Source: the human T2T-CHM13v2.0 reference genome, Homo sapiens. From it: a DNA stretch of 64,000 nt. The position numbers were made by a program, and so were the translations under genes. Shown piece by piece: positions 56,272 through 64,000 of the stretch. The stretch's first letter is position 1. The number at the start of each line of letters is the position of its first letter. Under the pieces are notes generated by a model, which was given only the letters and a program-made list of their open reading frames with translations, did not search any database and had not been told where the DNA came from. The stretch is from NCBI RefSeq assembly GCF_009914755.1, contig NC_060941.1; one strand, 5' to 3'.

Positions 56272-58166
56272 GTATCGTGTTTCAAACAATAAGAAATCAG
56301 AAAAACATCGGGCTAATCACCTTTTATTCTTCCTTCCGTTTTGTCCCCGTGGCCAATTTACTTCTACAAATATTTCCTGCATGAAAATGACTAAGACACT
56401 GTGCCTGCCCTTGGTGAGTCTAAAAGGATGACAGTGGATAGTAGTAGTGCGCAAAATGGAATTAAGGGCTGTAAAAAACAATACTGCATAAGCAAAGTCT
56501 TGAGAGGTTGTTAGTTGGATCAAGAAGTCTAGAGAGAAGTGGTGTTTCTGCCAAGGGCTCTAAAGGTACCATTACAAGCACGCTGTGGAATAGTGATCAG
56601 GGAATGTGGGTGGTGTCATGTGTCTGAACTAGTCTGTGGGCTTCCTGAGAGCCGGGACTCTGCTGTACATATGCATAACAAGCTCTCTGTCAGTATTTGT
56701 TGGGTGGATGGATAAGTGACTAGGACATTCCATCTGGAGGGCATATTGTAAGTAGTCTTCATTGCTAAGGAAGAGGTTTGTGCATTATTTTGGTAAAGCA
56801 CTGGAGTACCACCAAGTTTGTGGGATTTTGTTTCGGATTTTGAGGTTGTACAGTGAGATTGGACCTGCATTTTAAGGAGGATTCATCAGAAAACAGTGGT
56901 ATATAAGGATTGAAGAGGCATTTTGAAATCAGTGTTTAAGAAGGACTGTCACAGGGATGTAAAGGAATGGTTGGCAGAGGGAGAGGATGGCAAGACCAGC
57001 AGGGTGGTCACTAAGAGCTTGTCTTTGTTCCCACACCTCTGTCACCTCCTCCCTTTCCAGTGCCCCTGGTCGCCCAGGCCACAGCAAACCTCTTTCAGCT
57101 GCTTCCTCTCCCCTTGTGACTTCCCTGCTTCTCTGTGTTGGTTAATTTTCTGATGCACTGAGCACATCCTGCTGCAGACCTTGCAGAAATCTCACATGAC
57201 TCTGTCATCTGCACTCCTCATCCTGGTCTTCTAGATGCCCCACAACTTAGCACCACCCCACCCACCTGCCAGAATGGCCCTGTTCCTCCCTCCACCTGAG
57301 CCTGTTTTAGTTTCTGCCTTTGTAATAGAACATGACCATGTCTGATTGCAAGTCTTTATGTATAAGGTTCTAGCCTGAATCGTTTTTCTTTTCTCCTTTC
57401 ATACTCCAAATACTGCTTCTCCTTCAAGGTCAAACCTTTCATGAAGTTGTACCTAACACCTGGCACATTGACATATCCCTTCTCTGACTTTGGCGTCTTA
57501 CACTTTTTTGGGTGTTTAGTTTTTGTACTGCTTTGTAGTGTGGAACACTGTTGCACAGTACATGCCATTGTCTCCATTTATGCTATAATTTAGTTGACAG
57601 TAAAAGTTCAACTTACATTTTGGTATCTCTTCCAGCCCCTTGCATTGTGCAACACACATAGCATTTCACTTAGTAAAACTTACGAGTGAGTAGATGGATT
57701 AATATACAAAATTGGCTAGTTTAGGAGTAATAGCTTTTTAATAAATCTTATAATCACAAATATGGGTATTATAGAAGGATTTATAAAAGTCTGAATAAAT
57801 TCAGGTCTTGTTACACCTTTGGGTACAGCATATATTTGGACCCAAATAGATGAAGTCATGTGTTTCAGAAGTTTAATGTAAAGCCCCAGATACTACATAT
57901 TGTCCTGTTTATGTGCAAGAGATTTAAATAATCAAAAGAGGTTTTAAGGACCAGAATTAGTGCTGTTCTGAAGTTGCCGTTTTCTTTATGCCAGAAATGC
58001 ATACAAAAAGGCTATATGTATATGAATATGCTATTGATATTTTACCTTTTTTAATGAAAAGTTAAATTAGTAAAATTCTTATTTCAATTTTACACTTACG
58101 TTATTGACATAAACAATGGCAAGATATTTGGTGTTTTTAATATGCCCTTCCAATGCACCTTTAAAA

Positions 58167-58474
58167 TTTATTTTATTTTATTTTTTGGAGATGGGGTCTT
58201 GCTCTGTTGCCCGGGCTGTAGTGAAGTGGCACAGTCATAGTGCACTACAACCCTGAACTCCTGGCCTCAAGCAGTCCTCCCTTCTCAGCCTCCTGAGTAG
58301 CTGGGATTAGAGATGCACACCACCATGCCCAGCTAATTTTTTTATTTTTTATTTTTTTAAAGATGGGGTCTCGCTATGTTGCCCAGGCTGGTCTTGAACT
58401 CTTGGGCTCAAGAGATCTTCTTCCCTTGGCTCGTAAAGTTCTGGGATTATAGATGTGGGCCACTGCACCCAGCC
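58167..58474 (-). mobile_element. AluJ
   Basis: Diverged dimer. Confidence 0.9.
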
Positions 58475-58811
58475 AATCTACCTTTTACATGTTATTTAGG
58501 TACTGGTTTAGTCTTGAAACATGTAGGGTGTGTTTTGTTTACGTATCTTTAATTCAAATGATACTGTACTTAAGTAAACAAATGAAAGACTAGATGGATG
58601 AGCAACAAATGGATTTGAAAACAAAATGTAACAAAACTCTCCCCAAATTTATGATAGTCAGGAAGCACAATTTAATTTTTATTTTATACTGTGAGATATC
58701 ACAAAATAGTAATGTGACTAATTCGGCTGTTTCTTTAGAATCTTGCTGGATAAACTAGACTTTTGCTTTTCTAAAGTAGGTATTTATTTCTTGTGTATTT
58801 GAGAATTCTAA

Positions 58812-59000
<189 letters not shown>

Positions 59001-59247
59001 TAGTAGTCCTGTGCCAATACATGTTCCTTGTGTGCCTGTGCTTGATGGGCCAATATGCATGTAATTGTCATCTTTCTATTCTCCTAGGCAGGGCTGCCAG
59101 GGAATGTTTGATATTTGTGCACTGCCCAAAGGCACCGTGACAGAGGCAAATGCAACTGAAAAACGGTCTGCACTCCACCCACCAAATGTATGGCTGCACG
59201 CAGAGCTGCACCTCCCGAGGGAAGGGGACCTTTTTCTTTGGTCAGAG

Positions 59248-59876
59248 TGTTACTGGCCACAGGTTCTTGGGCTGTCAATGCGATAGAAATTGTCATGAGG
59301 CCAAAAGAGTTTTCTCAACAAGGCTTTATTGGAGCTTATGCCCTTATCCCTCAGGCATGAGGGAGGAAGCACGGGAGAGGGAGGATTCTCTGGCTGACTC
59401 CTTGAAATGAGCTGGTAGGGATTTTTTTATTAAGCAAAGTGCAGGAATTGATATCAACATAGAGAATGTGGGCTGGGCTGGGTAGATCATATGAGGGGTA
59501 GGGGATGTGGGTCAGTTTATCTGCTGGCGACGGTTGTCTTGAGTCATGGGCCACCTAGTGTTCTGGTTGGTGGCAGCAAGGCTGTAAATCAGTTGTTTAG
59601 CATTCTTCCCTGAGATGAGGACATTTGCAACTTTGGTTGGATATGTTGGATTTCCTAGGGCCAGTTTCTGGAATTATTTAAGTAAAAGAATTAAACATTC
59701 TTTTATTCTTTTAAACATTATGAGAGTGCGGAAAAACAGTATGGCTATTTTCTTTGCATGACTGTTAAGCAGGTATGTCAGTGAAGTAGTGGTGTGGGTT
59801 TTGTGATCAGTGGGAATGCATGAAAGAATGCTATAGTGGGGATGAGCTGAAGCCAAGTCCTGTCCCTGCTGTCTCA
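59248..59876 (-). mobile_element. Solo LTR, ERV1-type (MER66-like; family tentative)
   Basis: TG...CA termini; minus-strand start TGAGACAGCAGGGACAGGACTTGGCTTCAGCTC; minus-strand AATAAA at 59325-59330. Confidence 0.65.
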
Positions 59877-59894
59877 GAAGAAGACACAAGCTCC

Positions 59895-60356
<462 letters not shown>

Positions 60357-60394
60357 TTAGTTTAAGAGTTTTTGTTTTCTAGGACAGTATCTGT

Positions 60395-61240
60395 TTTCTG
60401 TGAATATCAGAAAAGGGAAGTAATACCTGATGTAAGTTTAAGTTTTTTTCTTGTGAAATACACAAAGATAAAATGCACAAAATATAAATCATAATTTCTT
60501 GAACTGTGAGGAAGTGAAAAGTCATGCAGTCACCACTCCCATCCAGAAGAGGAGCATCACCAGCTCCCACAGACCCTTCCTATGACTTTCCCATCATAGC
60601 CCTCAGTACTCCCTAAGATAACCATTGTCCTCAATTCTCCTTCCAGATTTTTACAAAAGTATGCATCCGTAAGTACTATGTTAGTATTGCTTGCATTTGA
60701 ATTTTATTACAAATGGAATAAAAAACTATGTAATATTTGCAGCTAGCTTTTTTTACACGGTATTGAGTCAGTGAGATTTATCCTCATTGTTGCATATAGC
60801 TGTAATTTGTTCATTTTCTTCACCATTTAGTAACCCATTGTAGGATTATACCATTATTTATCCATTCGATTATTGATGGAGAGTTGAGTCATTTCTAGTT
60901 TGGAGCTATTATGAATAACGCTGTTATGTTCTTGTGCGTATTTCCTGAAAAACATATGTGCTCATTCCTGCTGGATACATGCTTAAGAATGGAATTCCTG
61001 GGCCATAGGGTATGCATACAATCTAGTGGATAGTGCCAAACAGATGACTGAAGTAATTGTATAATTTATGTCTCTCCAGCAATTTATGAGAGATTTATTT
61101 CTCTGCATTCACATCAACACTTGGTATTGTCAGTCTTTTTACTCAAGGTCATGTGGGTAATGTGTAGTACTGTCTCACTGTGGTTTTGGTTTGCATTTTC
61201 CTGTTGGCTGGGGAGGCTGAACACCTTTTCATATGCAAAT
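60395..61240 (-). mobile_element. Old L1 (L1MC/ME-type) 3' region
   Basis: Antisense L1 3' UTR motifs (tttatccattc...gctattatgaataacgctg; gtggttttggtttgcatttt). Confidence 0.7.
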
Positions 61241-61790
61241 AGATACCCTCTTTAAAATTGGCAATTCCTACTGCATTCTTAACAATATTTTGCTAAAATT
61301 TCGGAAGATTCCAGCACCGTAATACTCCCTTCCCAGGCTGAAGCTTTTGAGGGAGGTGGGGATGGAAAATGAAAGAAGCTAGCAAGAAAAACCCAGCCTC
61401 AGCCAAGATCCATCCCAGATAGTAAATTAGCAGGGCTGGGAGTCTCTGTCATGTCAGCAGTCAGATGTCTTAAAACCAGAATCTACCCAGAGTATGTGTA
61501 TCCTGTATCTTTGCCATTACCTTCTTTTCACTTTATGTTAAAAAAGAAAAAGAATCGCAGCACTTTGAGAGGCCGAGGGGGCAGGATTGTTTGCGCCCAG
61601 GAGTTTGAGGCTGCAGTGAGCTGAGATAGCACCACTGTAGTGCAGTGTGGGTCAGAAAAAAGAAAAGAAAAACCTGTCATGCTACTGACCAATAATAGAG
61701 GCTCCCAAAGTATAAACTCGCCTCAGACCCTTGTTTATTCTTCCTGCTACCCTGTCCACTCTGCCTCTGCCCTGTTTCAAGGATGGACCA

Positions 61791-61973
61791 TGCCATGAAG
61801 GAAGGCCTCTTGGTTACAGCCTCCCCCAGCCCATCAGCCACGCTGCCGAGGACACGGGAAAGAATAAGAAGCCATAAGAACCAATAGCTATGACTTCTTA
61901 TTCTTTCCTGTGTCCTTGGCAGCGTGACTGATGGGCTGGGGAGGCTGTAACCAAGGGGCCTTCCTTCATGGCA
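61791..61973. repeat. 86/85-bp fold-back inverted repeat with a 12-nt loop
   Basis: 61791-61876 versus the reverse complement of 61889-61973: 5 transitions and one 1-nt indel. Confidence 0.97.
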
Positions 61974-62233
61974 GTTGAACAATGTGAACACTTGGACACA
62001 GGAAGGGGAACATCACACACGGGGGCCTGTTGTGGGGTGGGGGGAGGGGGGAAGGATAGCATTAGGAGATATACCTAATGTAAATGATGAGTTAATGGGT
62101 GCAGCACACCAACATGGCACATATATACATATGTAACAAACCTGCACATTGTGCAGATGTACCATAGAACTTAAAGTATAATAAAAATATATTAAAAGAA
62201 AATAAATAAATATCAAGAAGGAGAAAGAAAAAA
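61974..62233 (+). mobile_element. 5'-truncated L1PA (about PA4-6) 3' end with degenerate A-tail
   Basis: gaacaatgtgaacacttggacacaggaaggggaacatcacacac, G-tract, and aacttaaagtataataaa; TSD aaagaataagaag(c/t)ca at 61859-61874 and 62234-62249. Confidence 0.95.
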
Positions 62234-62550
62234 AAAGAATAAGAAGTCAGAGGGAGGCAGCTGCCTGCAGGAGGTTTAGCGTAAAGAAAATAGGAATGGT
62301 GATGGGAAATTGAAGAAAACATTTAAAAAGAGCTGTCATTCAAGAATGACTCCACTGATGCCGCCTGTGCTGTTCCCCACCTGACAGTAATGGACCAAGG
62401 CAGCTGCCAGAGTGCATATGAAAAGACAATTCACGTTTTCAGAAGGAGTGGCCTTCTATGATGTAACCTTGTTGTAATGCAGGGAAGAGACAGACAATAA
62501 GATGTTTCCAGTCAGGATCACAAGAACACTATTTCCTGCTGGAGTGATTT

Positions 62551-62570
62551 GTGTGTGTGTGTGTGTGTGT
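62551..62570. repeat. (GT)10 microsatellite
   Basis: Direct observation. Confidence 0.9.
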
Positions 62571-62894
62571 GAACATTTTGGATTCGTTTTCAAAACATTT
62601 TACGTTTGATGAAACCCAAAACTCATTTTGCCTGTAGTACTTTTCATTCATCATGAAATCTCTGTAAAATTAGAAATATGACCATGTGTCTGCTTTATTT
62701 ACCCTTCACAAAATATGTCTAGACCTGTTTGTCTGAGACACCTCATAGTCTTGTTCTCTCAGAATTAGGAAGCCAAAAATAACTGGTGAAAACTTTTTGA
62801 AAACCGGGAACCATGTGTACTTGACTTAAAATAACTTTCCTTTTATTTCATCAAAATACAGCGTGAAAGGTTATGTTACATCCCTCCATATATA

Positions 62895-64000
<1,106 letters not shown>

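Noticed and set aside
62030-62056. G-quadruplex-forming G-tract
   Set aside because: The ordinary polypurine tract of the L1PA 3' UTR; not locus-specific.

Overview
Primate (almost certainly human) genomic DNA from inside the SPECC1 gene (cytospin-B/NSP/HCMOGT-1), transcribed on the + strand. Nine coding exons (2999-4578, 26079-26286, 30424-30497, 30866-31071, 44591-44736, 45884-45984, 52169-52250, 56115-56271, 58856-58958; 2657 nt) all have AG/GT boundaries and splice into one continuous frame. That frame encodes a long coiled-coil, a Ser/Pro-rich linker and the start of a calponin-homology (CH) domain. An alternative terminal exon at 35526 gives a short CH-less isoform ending SLGSVS. The introns are rich in Alu, L1, L2/MIR, THE1 and other LTRs, and Tigger DNA transposons. 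Apart from ORFs overlapping these exons and decayed L1 ORF2 remnants, the ORF track is repeat-derived or random. I see no prokaryote-type system such as CRISPR or an operon. The notable observations are: (1) an 86-bp fold-back hairpin at the 5' junction of an L1PA insertion, apparently made by inverted copying of the target flank; (2) a 176-bp, 94%-identical, ungapped inverted repeat with a 931-bp spacer in the long intron; (3) the 1580-nt exon, which when back-spliced encodes a 415-aa junction-spanning ORF; (4) a CH-like ghost sequence just inside the intron after the last exon; and (5) several templated-insertion and tandem-duplication scars.
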